Source: a virus. From it: a stretch of 38,485 bases of DNA. Of this stretch, positions 24,101-30,447 are shown piece by piece. The DNA is taken from the IMG/VR virus record IMGVR_UViG_3300045988_113345, positions 1 through 38,485 of that record; one strand, written 5' to 3'. Position 1 is the first letter of the stretch, and each line of letters starts with the position of its first letter. The position numbers and the translations under genes were made by a program. Below the pieces are notes generated by a model. That model saw only the letters and a list, made by a program, of their open reading frames with translations, searched no databases and was not told the DNA's origin.

Positions 24101-24689
24101 TTGCCTTTTGCAGTTCCTCGCCAACCAATCCAGTCCGCTTGTACACCTCTGCCACGCTGGCGGCTGCATCTTCCATGGATTCTCCAAAATTGTCCGCATA
24201 CACGTTGGACGCAATTCCCTGCAGGTTCTCCAGTTCCTTCCCTGCCGTACCTGTAGAGATTGCCACCTGATTCATGGCTTTTTCATAGGAAACGCCCACT
24301 TCTGTGATTTCTTTCGCTCCGTATGCCAGACCAGCGGCAGCAAGGGCATTTTGCAGCTTTCCGGACAGGTTTTCAACGGATGTCCCTGCATTCTCTGCGG
24401 CTGCTCCTACGTTTCTAAAGTTTTCGCTGGCGTTTGTGCCAAAAGCGTCTGCGTTTGCTTGCACGTCTTTCCATGCCTTTTGCATTGCCTCAGATGCATC
24501 CATCCCAGCATCTTCATAGGATTTTGCCAGGCGTTTCGCCTGCTTTTCCATGTTTTCAAAGGCTGCTTCTGCTTTTTTCTCGGATGCGGTCGCAGCGTCT
24601 GAGATTGCCTCCTCCATTTTTGATAAATCTTTATCTAAATTATCGGTGTTTATCCGCGAATCAAACGCAATTGAGCCGTCATTTGCCAT
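21135..24689 (-). CDS. Tape measure protein
   Basis: 1184 aa from ATG 24689 (SD AAGGAGGTGG). Long Ala/Gln/Glu-rich helical protein with a hydrophobic central segment, downstream of the chaperone pair. Confidence 0.9.
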   Translation of the reverse strand: MANDGSIAFDSRINTDNLDKDLSKMEEAISDAATASEKKAEAAFENMEKQAKRLAKSYEDAGMDASEAMQKAWKDVQANADAFGTNASENFRNVGAAAENAGTSVENLSGKLQNALAAAGLAYGAKEITEVGVSYEKAMNQVAISTGTAGKELENLQGIASNVYADNFGESMEDAAASVAEVYKRTGLVGEELQKATEDAYTLQNAFGYEVNDSLQAATQLMSTFGITADEAYTLIAQGAQKGLDQNGDMLDTLNEYSVQFANLGYSAEDMFNMLANGVQNGTWSVDKLGDAVKEMNIRLNDGTADEALQALGLGFSDSATNAAALKQAALDVSKADVELQKAQQNVNDTLAKNGSASTEYQEALNRAEQAQINLEKAQAAYNKTSSETTYNLDEIKGKLAAGGSDAQEAIQEIMMALSQVENEQDRYVLGQTLMGTQWEDIGESAVQALMNTQGEISTTSDAMDDLADNQFNDFDSQFQKLKRQIETEVVVPITQKYMPKIEKAIDYVSKHLDEIVEHAKPIAAAIAAAFAVKKITDFGSSAVTTAKTIKAAFKVLNASNPLGWIAIGVSALVGLEAALRSMSSKHQAYLQGITDKAAEIPAELQKSIDATNEFADSWDNIKKSMDSNFTTESFDYESVVKLKDSLGELINADGTIKAGAEQKVSDIIDQLNQYADTGLTVSDGVIQKNGEVVASYDQISDSIDKVIEKQHAQNLLSVAEQGYQEALGSQQQLLDNETEYAKSLEETSRQAENVQKELDEIYKNHSLGTDKNGDIVVDASVAKRVEELKSQLDGYNQKIDETTEARAKNNAELETSLAYISRYKGMQEDLLNGDFDKVGEEFAKLSSDFVTASTGTREELKQQVSDFQSQYETLLETQKKSPELVSDEQLQNALYLWNQAIVEAEASTGEHATKIGTNFVDTIAAAGMSHDDQITALNTYIQNRLNDGESLKKIADSLGVNFTSDMAAGAEKGGSALEEAEKSIINSAMANVQNDMYSTCSDTGYYLGLGIADGIDAAAIAIATSAINGVTAAIDAAKAAGAIYSPSHIMRDEVGYMLGLGTAAGLQKSTPAVQDASKNSVTAAVNAATDVLPNVGITAEIAQALVPQTLGIMSNQGSSAVSAYNPAYQQIQTADMQQQTAPTQNNQGVRDIIIPVSIGDETLETVVVNAITRANASSGGWSV

Positions 24690-24704
24690 TTGCTCCACCT
24701 CCTT

Positions 24705-25271
24705 TTATCCAAATAAATTTCCAACTTCCGCCGCCGTCATTGGCGGTCGCGGAATTGCAACTGCCCGTTGGATTTTTGCAAGTCTTGCCCGTTCTTTTTT
24801 GTCTTTGATTGCCCCCAGATTGACACTCCGGTATGCAATCCGCTGCTTTGTGCTGCTGTCCTCCGGCATTCCCTCAAACAGTGCATTAAATGCAAACCAA
24901 TGCAGCTGTGTAGTCTGCAAATTGATTTGATAAAACCGCAAAAAGTCCGCAAATATGTATGGACTATCGTGCAGATACGAAAAAACAGGTGCGGTTGCAC
25001 CTGCGTTTTTACCCTTTGGCTTTGGCAGTGATTGACACGCTGCAAACTCCTGCAACGCCTGATAAGCTGCAATCATATTATCCGGCGTTTCTATATACCA
25101 GTTCATAGATACATGGATTTTTTCAACATCTGTCAAATTTTTGTCCTCGTGTAACAAAAAAAACGCTATCCAATCCTTAAAATTTGTGAAAATAGGATAT
25201 TTTTTGCCGTCAACCTCTATGCTGTCTGGCAGAGCGTCCGTTAAGATGTTATACCATATCTCCTGGGGCAT
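24705..25271 (-). CDS. Gp15-family tail assembly protein
   Basis: 188 aa from ATG 25271. LTDALPDSIEVDGKKYPIFTNFKDWIAFFLL...LTDVEK matches the bacteriophage Gp15 family pattern. Sits just before the tape measure. Confidence 0.7.
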   Translation of the reverse strand: MPQEIWYNILTDALPDSIEVDGKKYPIFTNFKDWIAFFLLHEDKNLTDVEKIHVSMNWYIETPDNMIAAYQALQEFAACQSLPKPKGKNAGATAPVFSYLHDSPYIFADFLRFYQINLQTTQLHWFAFNALFEGMPEDSSTKQRIAYRSVNLGAIKDKKERARLAKIQRAVAIPRPPMTAAEVGNLFG

Positions 25272-25596
25272 ACCGCTGCACCGCCTCAACCAGTCTTAAT
25301 TTTGCAGCAACTCGCTGCTCAAACATCGCTTTTAGTAACTGCATAAATGTTTTTTCGTACTCCCGGCGATTGTCGGGGACATCTGCAAAAACGGCATCTG
25401 CTGTTCCATCACCAAAAAGCACATCAAAAAATACCCGAAACGCTTTGCAATACTGCCGGATACCATCCGCATCGTCTTTGATTGGCTGACTGGGGATAGC
25501 AGCAGCAGCGGCGGCATACCGCTGCATAAATGCTGCATCCTCTGCATCCACGTGTAAAGCAACCCCGTTTATAGCTACTGTATACATGTCTTGCAT
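25249..25596 (-). CDS. Tail assembly chaperone candidate
   Basis: 115 aa between the major tail protein and the Gp15-like gene. Assigned by position only. Confidence 0.5.
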   Translation of the reverse strand: MQDMYTVAINGVALHVDAEDAAFMQRYAAAAAAIPSQPIKDDADGIRQYCKAFRVFFDVLFGDGTADAVFADVPDNRREYEKTFMQLLKAMFEQRVAAKLRLVEAVQRYAPGDMV

Positions 25597-25612
25597 TGGT
25601 TACGCTCCTTTT

Positions 25613-26164
25613 TTACTTGCCACCAATTGGATTGCCACCAATTGAAATGGTAAGTGTTTGAAAATCGTCATCCAGAGTTACAGTACAACCCGATTTTGCC
25701 CCTCTTGCTTTAAAATCGCCAGAATAAGTCATGCAGTCGGTTGTGTCACCGTTGCTGGACGGCACGATTGCATAGCTTCGCACAGTTGCAGTGCCTGCAA
25801 ACGACGTTTTCCCTGCTTCACCTTTGACTGTCGTCATATCTACAGTAACGATTCTTCTAACTGCATCTGTTCCAGTAAGTTCGTTTTCGGAAATTTTTAC
25901 AATTTCTTCCAGTGCTTTTTGACCTACATACTGGTCAAAATTATAGTTAATGCTTTCTGCATAGCCTGTGACATCGGTTCTTTCCGTGTCTTCGTCTACA
26001 TACTGGCGACCGTATTCAGTTGCATTCGCGTTAAATGCCTGTGTCGTAAAGCCTTCCAGCCGAACAAACGTAGATTCTCCGCTCTCGGTTGTTGGCTTTA
26101 CCTCCATAAAACTCAGCTTTTCGGAACGCTTCTTAAGCTTTAAGCTATCAATACCTTTACCCAT
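25613..26164 (-). CDS. Major tail protein
   Basis: 183 aa, SD GGAGG. Position upstream of chaperones/TMP. Thr/Gly-rich composition suggesting a beta-rich fold. Confidence 0.7.
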   Translation of the reverse strand: MGKGIDSLKLKKRSEKLSFMEVKPTTESGESTFVRLEGFTTQAFNANATEYGRQYVDEDTERTDVTGYAESINYNFDQYVGQKALEEIVKISENELTGTDAVRRIVTVDMTTVKGEAGKTSFAGTATVRSYAIVPSSNGDTTDCMTYSGDFKARGAKSGCTVTLDDDFQTLTISIGGNPIGGK

Positions 26165-26615
26165 TTTTTAGATACCTCCATGATTCCAAATATGTCAACC
26201 GCATCTCAATTTGATAGCGTGCGGTTGTTTCCGTGACATCGATTGCATAGCCGCCCGATGTCAACTCAATAGACCGGACAGGGCGTAAATCGCCTAAATC
26301 CGGATAAATCCCTGCATCGTCATTGCGTCCAACCCAGTCTGCAAAATCCTCGTAAAATGCGGAGTTTTGGACACTCTGCACTACATCTCTACCGTACGCC
26401 TCCCGGCTGCTAAAAGCAAACTGAAACTGCTTAATTTTAGACCCGTCCACGTATTTTTTTAGCACCGGTTCGCTGGGGAGCACGTCAATGCTGTATTCGA
26501 TTGCATCCGCTCCAACGCGGTCAACGCCTAAAATCCTGCCGTCTTTTAACAGCGGACAGGATGCAATGTAATTGCGTACCGCCTCAATGATTGACAAATT
26601 ATCCACCTCCACCAT
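26157..26615 (-). CDS. Tail completion / tail terminator-like protein
   Basis: 152 aa. Neck-module position directly before the major tail protein. Overlapping start/stop codons with its neighbours. Confidence 0.5.
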   Translation of the reverse strand: MVEVDNLSIIEAVRNYIASCPLLKDGRILGVDRVGADAIEYSIDVLPSEPVLKKYVDGSKIKQFQFAFSSREAYGRDVVQSVQNSAFYEDFADWVGRNDDAGIYPDLGDLRPVRSIELTSGGYAIDVTETTARYQIEMRLTYLESWRYLKNG

Positions 26616-26928
26616 TTAGCTTTTTTTGTGCCCCTCTCATGATGCTCTGTCCGTGGGCGGTCATTGCCCGTTTTACCCAGTATCTGCCACGCTTGCCGGA
26701 CGACAACCCTTTGTAGTACTGTTTGCGTGCGTACGGTGCAAGCCATCGGATGCGACCGCTGCCAATCTTTGTCCCCAAAACGCCAGAATCACGCAGCATG
26801 CCCGTTTTAAATGGGATATACGGGTCACATTTCCGCAGAATCTCGCTGTCAACGTACTTTTGCACAGGTTGCAGCCGCTTTTGTAGCTGCTGCGTCTGCG
26901 GCATAGTGATTTTAAACGTCAAACTCAT
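26599..26928 (-). CDS. HK97 gp10-like head-tail joining protein
   Basis: 109 aa, SD GAGGTGA. ...YIPFKTGMLRDSG...IRWLAPYARKQYYKG resembles the gp10 / minor capsid neck family. Confidence 0.55.
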   Translation of the reverse strand: MSLTFKITMPQTQQLQKRLQPVQKYVDSEILRKCDPYIPFKTGMLRDSGVLGTKIGSGRIRWLAPYARKQYYKGLSSGKRGRYWVKRAMTAHGQSIMRGAQKKLNGGGG

Positions 26929-27311
26929 CCTGCAGTCACCTCGATGTGCTGCACGTCCGCAGAGCCGTAGCGGTAATCTTCCACCGCCATCACTCTTTTT
27001 GCAGTTTCGGGCGGTGTTACATCCTCACAGCGACCACAGACAAGCAAATCGTCCCGTTTTGGCAGATAGTCAGATAGAGATGTTGCAGGGATAACACAAA
27101 ATACTGTGTTTTGCTGCTGCATCGCCGTGCTAGACTGTGCTTGACCGGCTGCATCCTCCCAGTAAACAGACGGGATGAAATGCCGGATGTAGGTTTCCAT
27201 GCGGTTTGCTCCAGCCGTCCGCTCGTAGGCGGTACAGCCAATTTTATTTACATACAATCCTCGTTGCACCCCCTGTATAGTAGCCCTGTACGCCCCAGAT
27301 ACTGCACGCAA
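26925..27311 (-). CDS. Head closure / head-tail adaptor candidate
   Basis: ORF with TTG at 27311 and a 64-nt overlap with the upstream gene. Alternative ATG 27200 has GGAG 8 nt upstream. Start unresolved. Confidence 0.5.
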   Translation of the reverse strand: MRAVSGAYRATIQGVQRGLYVNKIGCTAYERTAGANRMETYIRHFIPSVYWEDAAGQAQSSTAMQQQNTVFCVIPATSLSDYLPKRDDLLVCGRCEDVTPPETAKRVMAVEDYRYGSADVQHIEVTAG

Positions 27312-27673
27312 ATGCGGTATAGATAACTTTGCAAGCCTGCCGTGTTGCCACCCAAAAGAGCAGCTGCAACGTCTGCTGGTGTACTGTAGCTGACGCTATA
27401 TTTCCCGATGGTTTCGGCAGTTTTTGCACCCTTGCCGCCTGCAAGCATTCCATTTTTCGCATCCAGAAATAACGTCCACGCCTCAGATAAAGCACAACAG
27501 CAATTCTTCACTTGCTCGATGTATGCGTCTGGGATACCGTTTTGCAGTCGTCCAAATGTGATACTGTCCAGGTACTCCGATGCACGGGCGGCAGCCGTGC
27601 GAAATGCTGCCGCATCCGTGATGGATGTACCACAGTAAAAATCTTGATAATACGGATAATCTGCATAAATCAT
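27248..27673 (-). CDS. gp6-like head-tail connector protein
   Basis: 141 aa. First neck gene after the capsid gene. N-terminus MIYADYPYYQDFYCGTSITDAAAFRTAAARASEYLDSITF is typical of the connector / DNA-packaging family. Confidence 0.6.
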   Translation of the reverse strand: MIYADYPYYQDFYCGTSITDAAAFRTAAARASEYLDSITFGRLQNGIPDAYIEQVKNCCCALSEAWTLFLDAKNGMLAGGKGAKTAETIGKYSVSYSTPADVAAALLGGNTAGLQSYLYRICVQYLGRTGLLYRGCNEDCM

Positions 27674-27753
27674 GCCTTTTCTCGCTCCGTTTCCGGTTTT
27701 TTAACCGGCTTTGGTTTTTGCTTTTTCTGTGGTTTCATGCCAATGGTCTTCAT
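27670..27753 (-). CDS. 27-aa lysine-rich micro-ORF (not in the ORF track)
   Basis: MKTIGMKPQKKQKPKPVKKPETEREKA. SD GAGGGAG 8 nt upstream. Its TGA overlaps the ATG of the next gene (ATGA). Confidence 0.4.
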   Translation of the reverse strand: MKTIGMKPQKKQKPKPVKKPETEREKA

Positions 27754-27766
27754 TTCATCCACTCCC

Positions 27767-28639
27767 TCAGGCGGTCTTATAGGAACAATAAATGCCCTTT
27801 GCGTGATTTTCCAGCACATCGGTCAAGCCATATGTCCGGTAATAAAACGCCCATGCATCCATAGACTGGTTGACTTCCGGAGCAATGATTTTAGATACAA
27901 CGTGCTTCTGCACCTGCAAGACTGCCGCCTTGTCAACAATCATAAAGTTTATATCGCTTGCACCGGTTGCCTTTTTAAATCCGCCTGCCTTTTCGCTGGC
28001 GGATTTGCCGTCCAGTGTATCAATTGCTGTATAAAAGCGGCTCTGCGGTACGGTCACGATGCTTGCAAATCGTTCCATCATTGCCTTGGACTTGTATGTA
28101 TCCATTGCATTAATCATCTGCAGCAATGTCGGCGTTACAAACAAATACCGACCCGTTTCGGTAACTTCCGCTTCATCGAGGGCGATGTTTGCGGTCATGA
28201 TAGCTTCGGTGATGTCCGTCACGGTTGCAAAGGTTTCCTGCTTCTTCTGGATTCCGGTTGTGCCTGCATACTGTGCAAACCGCATTGCATCCATTTCCGG
28301 CACAACCTTTGTTCGCATAAATTCGGCAGACAGCAGACCAAACGCCAGTGCAATAGATTCTTCATCGTCCATCGCATCAACCGCAAACTTTCTGCCACGG
28401 TCGTAGTTTGGCTTTTTGGTTTCCCACTCCAGCTTAACATCTCCGGCAGCGTAGCCCTCTGTACGGCTGTAATCACCCAGTCCGTCCATGTCATACTTTG
28501 GAATCTTAAATTCTCCGGTGTCCTTTGTCATTGTGACAATATCGCTGCCGCTGTCCAGCACCATAGTCTTCGAGGACTGTTTGTAGACCTCGTCCAGCAT
28601 GGTGACGCATTTTGTTGCCAATTCAATTGTATTTGCCAT
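27767..28639 (-). CDS. Major capsid protein
   Basis: 290 aa directly after the scaffolding gene. Assigned by position and size. The long plus-strand ORF opposite it (27512-28687) is treated as a shadow ORF. Confidence 0.8.
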   Translation of the reverse strand: MANTIELATKCVTMLDEVYKQSSKTMVLDSGSDIVTMTKDTGEFKIPKYDMDGLGDYSRTEGYAAGDVKLEWETKKPNYDRGRKFAVDAMDDEESIALAFGLLSAEFMRTKVVPEMDAMRFAQYAGTTGIQKKQETFATVTDITEAIMTANIALDEAEVTETGRYLFVTPTLLQMINAMDTYKSKAMMERFASIVTVPQSRFYTAIDTLDGKSASEKAGGFKKATGASDINFMIVDKAAVLQVQKHVVSKIIAPEVNQSMDAWAFYYRTYGLTDVLENHAKGIYCSYKTA

Positions 28640-28658
28640 TTATTATATCATCCTTTCG

Positions 28659-29177
28659 TTATTTGTCATCTGTCGGCAAGCCCATGATCTTACGCAGACG
28701 CTTGTCAAACGCATCGCCTGTGCTTGTAAAGCCCGGCGTACTGCCCAGAAACGGCTTCGGTGGTTCTTCTGCTGCGAATGCATCCGGACAGGTCTTTTTT
28801 AATTCCTGCACGGTTTCTGTGCCACCTGTCAGGTTGCCCTTGTCGTCAAACTGCAGCTGCTTGCTGATAATCTGGTTGGTCAGATATTCCGCGTAAACAT
28901 CATTTTTCATGCCCTGCTTTCGCACGAACGCTGCCACGTTGTCCCGATATTCCTTTGATTTGCGGTCAGCCTCTGCCTGTTCATACTTTTGTTGCCACTC
29001 TGCAGCTGATTGTTTGATGCCGTCAATATCCATCTTTTCAAAGGACGACAGCTTTTCCGCTGTTTCTTTCAGACTGGTTCTCGCTGCGTCAAGCTGTTCC
29101 TGCAGGGCAGTGTATTCCGCTGCGGAATAGGTCTTTTCCGGCTGTTCTGCCTCCTGCTGTTTGGCTTCTTCTGCCAT
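28659..29177 (-). CDS. Capsid scaffolding protein (DUF4355-like)
   Basis: 172 aa. Glu/Gln/Ala/Lys-rich coiled coil MAEEAKQQEAEQPEKTYSAAEYTALQEQLDAART... upstream of the capsid gene. Confidence 0.75.
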   Translation of the reverse strand: MAEEAKQQEAEQPEKTYSAAEYTALQEQLDAARTSLKETAEKLSSFEKMDIDGIKQSAAEWQQKYEQAEADRKSKEYRDNVAAFVRKQGMKNDVYAEYLTNQIISKQLQFDDKGNLTGGTETVQELKKTCPDAFAAEEPPKPFLGSTPGFTSTGDAFDKRLRKIMGLPTDDK

Positions 29178-29208
29178 TTTCGCAACTCCTTTCTATTTTT
29201 TTGATATC

Positions 29209-29234
29209 AAAAAAGCACCTGATTGCTCAGATGC
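29209..29234 (-). terminator. Intrinsic terminator (copy 1 of a repeated terminator)
   Basis: Minus strand GCAUCUGA-GCAA-UCAGGUGC + U6. Confidence 0.75.
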
Positions 29235-29328
29235 CGATTTGTTAATAATATAAGAACGCCGTACCCACAGGCTTGTTTGTTCTTGGTTTCCACCCTCCGC
29301 CAGTTTTTGCCCATGGTCGGGGCGGTGA

Positions 29329-29793
29329 TTACTCTACAATGTGCCAGTCCTCTGCCAGCATATCGGTCTGACTTGCAAGCCAGCCTACAACAAGCTGTTT
29401 CTGTGCTGTATACATCGCTATACTATCAAGGACTTTTGGAGTATGCTCTGCAATTCCGTCACCGTAGCACTCAGTAATTGAATTGTGAATACACTTGCCA
29501 TTGATAAGAATGAGATGCATTCCTTTGCCGTTCCAGCCTTTTCGAGCCATTTTACAGCCAAGTTTAAGCAACTCAATAGCGTGACCAAAGTTCATTTCTC
29601 CTGACTTTTTATAAGCCGCTTCAAATGTAGCTTTTGGCGACCATGATTCATAGCCGTCTGAGTATCTTACAAGATATCCCTCGTCAGTAGGGTTCTCATC
29701 AGCAGGAATAGTCCAACCTCTGTACTTGTTGTAATCGCCTCTTGTCATAGGCTCTGCATCAATTCTCTTTGTGCCGATATAGCTTTCAAACAT
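29329..29793 (-). CDS. DUF2829 (Tad2-like) domain protein with extra N-terminal domain
   Basis: 154 aa from ATG 29793 (SD AAAGGAGAAAG). C-terminal MNFGHAIELLKLGCKMARKGWNGKGMHL...VVGWLASQTDMLAEDWHIVE matches the DUF2829 signature. The N-terminal 65 aa (…AEPMTRGDYNKYRGW…EGYLVRYSDGYESWSPKATFEAAY) form a separate small phage domain. Confidence 0.75.
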   Translation of the reverse strand: MFESYIGTKRIDAEPMTRGDYNKYRGWTIPADENPTDEGYLVRYSDGYESWSPKATFEAAYKKSGEMNFGHAIELLKLGCKMARKGWNGKGMHLILINGKCIHNSITECYGDGIAEHTPKVLDSIAMYTAQKQLVVGWLASQTDMLAEDWHIVE

Positions 29794-29817
29794 ATGTTCT
29801 TTCTCCTTTCGGACATG

Positions 29818-29840
29818 AAAAAAGCACCTCATTGAGATGC
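29818..29840 (-). terminator. Intrinsic terminator (copy 2 of the repeated terminator)
   Basis: Minus strand GCAUCUC-AAU-GAGGUGC + U6. Shares GCATCT.A...GGTGCTTTTTT with 29209-29234. Confidence 0.7.
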
Positions 29841-29855
29841 TTTAGTCAACTGTTT

Positions 29856-30176
29856 TTATGAAATAAATCCCTTTGCTTCTTTTATAATCTTTGCTGCTTT
29901 CTTCATTAAAGAATTTTCCTCCAGATATTCCAGCCCTTTTATTGTGATTGTTGTTTTTGGCAACACTGTAACGGATGGAAAATCTTCGTCAACATACGTT
30001 TTTATATAAAGATTTTCGATATATCCAGCTTTATGTAATTGAATCAGCAGTTTATTTCTTCTGTTTTCTGAGATTTTCAATCGTTCTGGAGAAATTGCGG
30101 TTTCATCGAAAGTGTCTGAATCCATAGCCGCTTCTAACGCTTTTAGTATCTTGTATATGATTGTAAAATTATTCAT
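29856..30176 (-). CDS. YjcQ-family protein (winged-helix)
   Basis: 106 aa, SD AAGGAG. IIYKILKALEAAMDS...LIQLHKAGYIENL...ITIKGLEYLEENSLMKKA matches the YjcQ pattern. AT-rich. Confidence 0.7.
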   Translation of the reverse strand: MNNFTIIYKILKALEAAMDSDTFDETAISPERLKISENRRNKLLIQLHKAGYIENLYIKTYVDEDFPSVTVLPKTTITIKGLEYLEENSLMKKAAKIIKEAKGFIS

Positions 30177-30191
30177 TTCTGCTCCTTTTTA

Positions 30192-30437
30192 TCAGCAAGC
30201 GTATGTGTATGTTTTTGGAAAATTATTTTCCTTTATGAATTTTTGAATCATGGTGATGGCATTACCTGTAGAAGAACAAAAACCATTTTGCCCACTGTTT
30301 TTGTAATAGTCAAAAATTGTATTTTTGACATTTTCTATTTCAGTAGTAATCTTTCCAATCATGATTTCATCATTTCTTCCGTACTCATAACACACGAAAC
30401 CATCTTTTATATACAAAAGTCTCATAAATGTCATCAT
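30192..30437 (-). CDS. Hypothetical 81-aa protein (immunity-protein candidate for the MuF C-terminal module)
   Basis: ORF starts 10 nt after the MuF stop. Very AT-rich. No motif recognised. Confidence 0.5.
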   Translation of the reverse strand: MMTFMRLLYIKDGFVCYEYGRNDEIMIGKITTEIENVKNTIFDYYKNSGQNGFCSSTGNAITMIQKFIKENNFPKTYTYAC

Positions 30438-30447
30438 TATTTATCAC

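Noticed and set aside
25249-25289. Possible programmed frameshift between the two tail-chaperone ORFs, like the G/GT system upstream of tape measure genes.
   Set aside because: The downstream ORF is in the +1 frame, not the -1 frame, relative to the upstream one. I see no slippery heptamer in the 41-nt overlap. The downstream ORF also has its own ATG (25271). A frameshift is not supported by the sequence, although ribosome profiling could revisit this.
27512-28687. Long plus-strand ORFs in the track: 391 aa here, plus 17739-18509, 23952-24602, 2547-3152, 6283-6810 and others.
   Set aside because: Each lies antisense to a minus-strand gene with clear family motifs or synteny. They lack SD sequences, have low-complexity Cys/Phe/Leu-rich translations and break the tight operon packing. 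I treat them as shadow ORFs.
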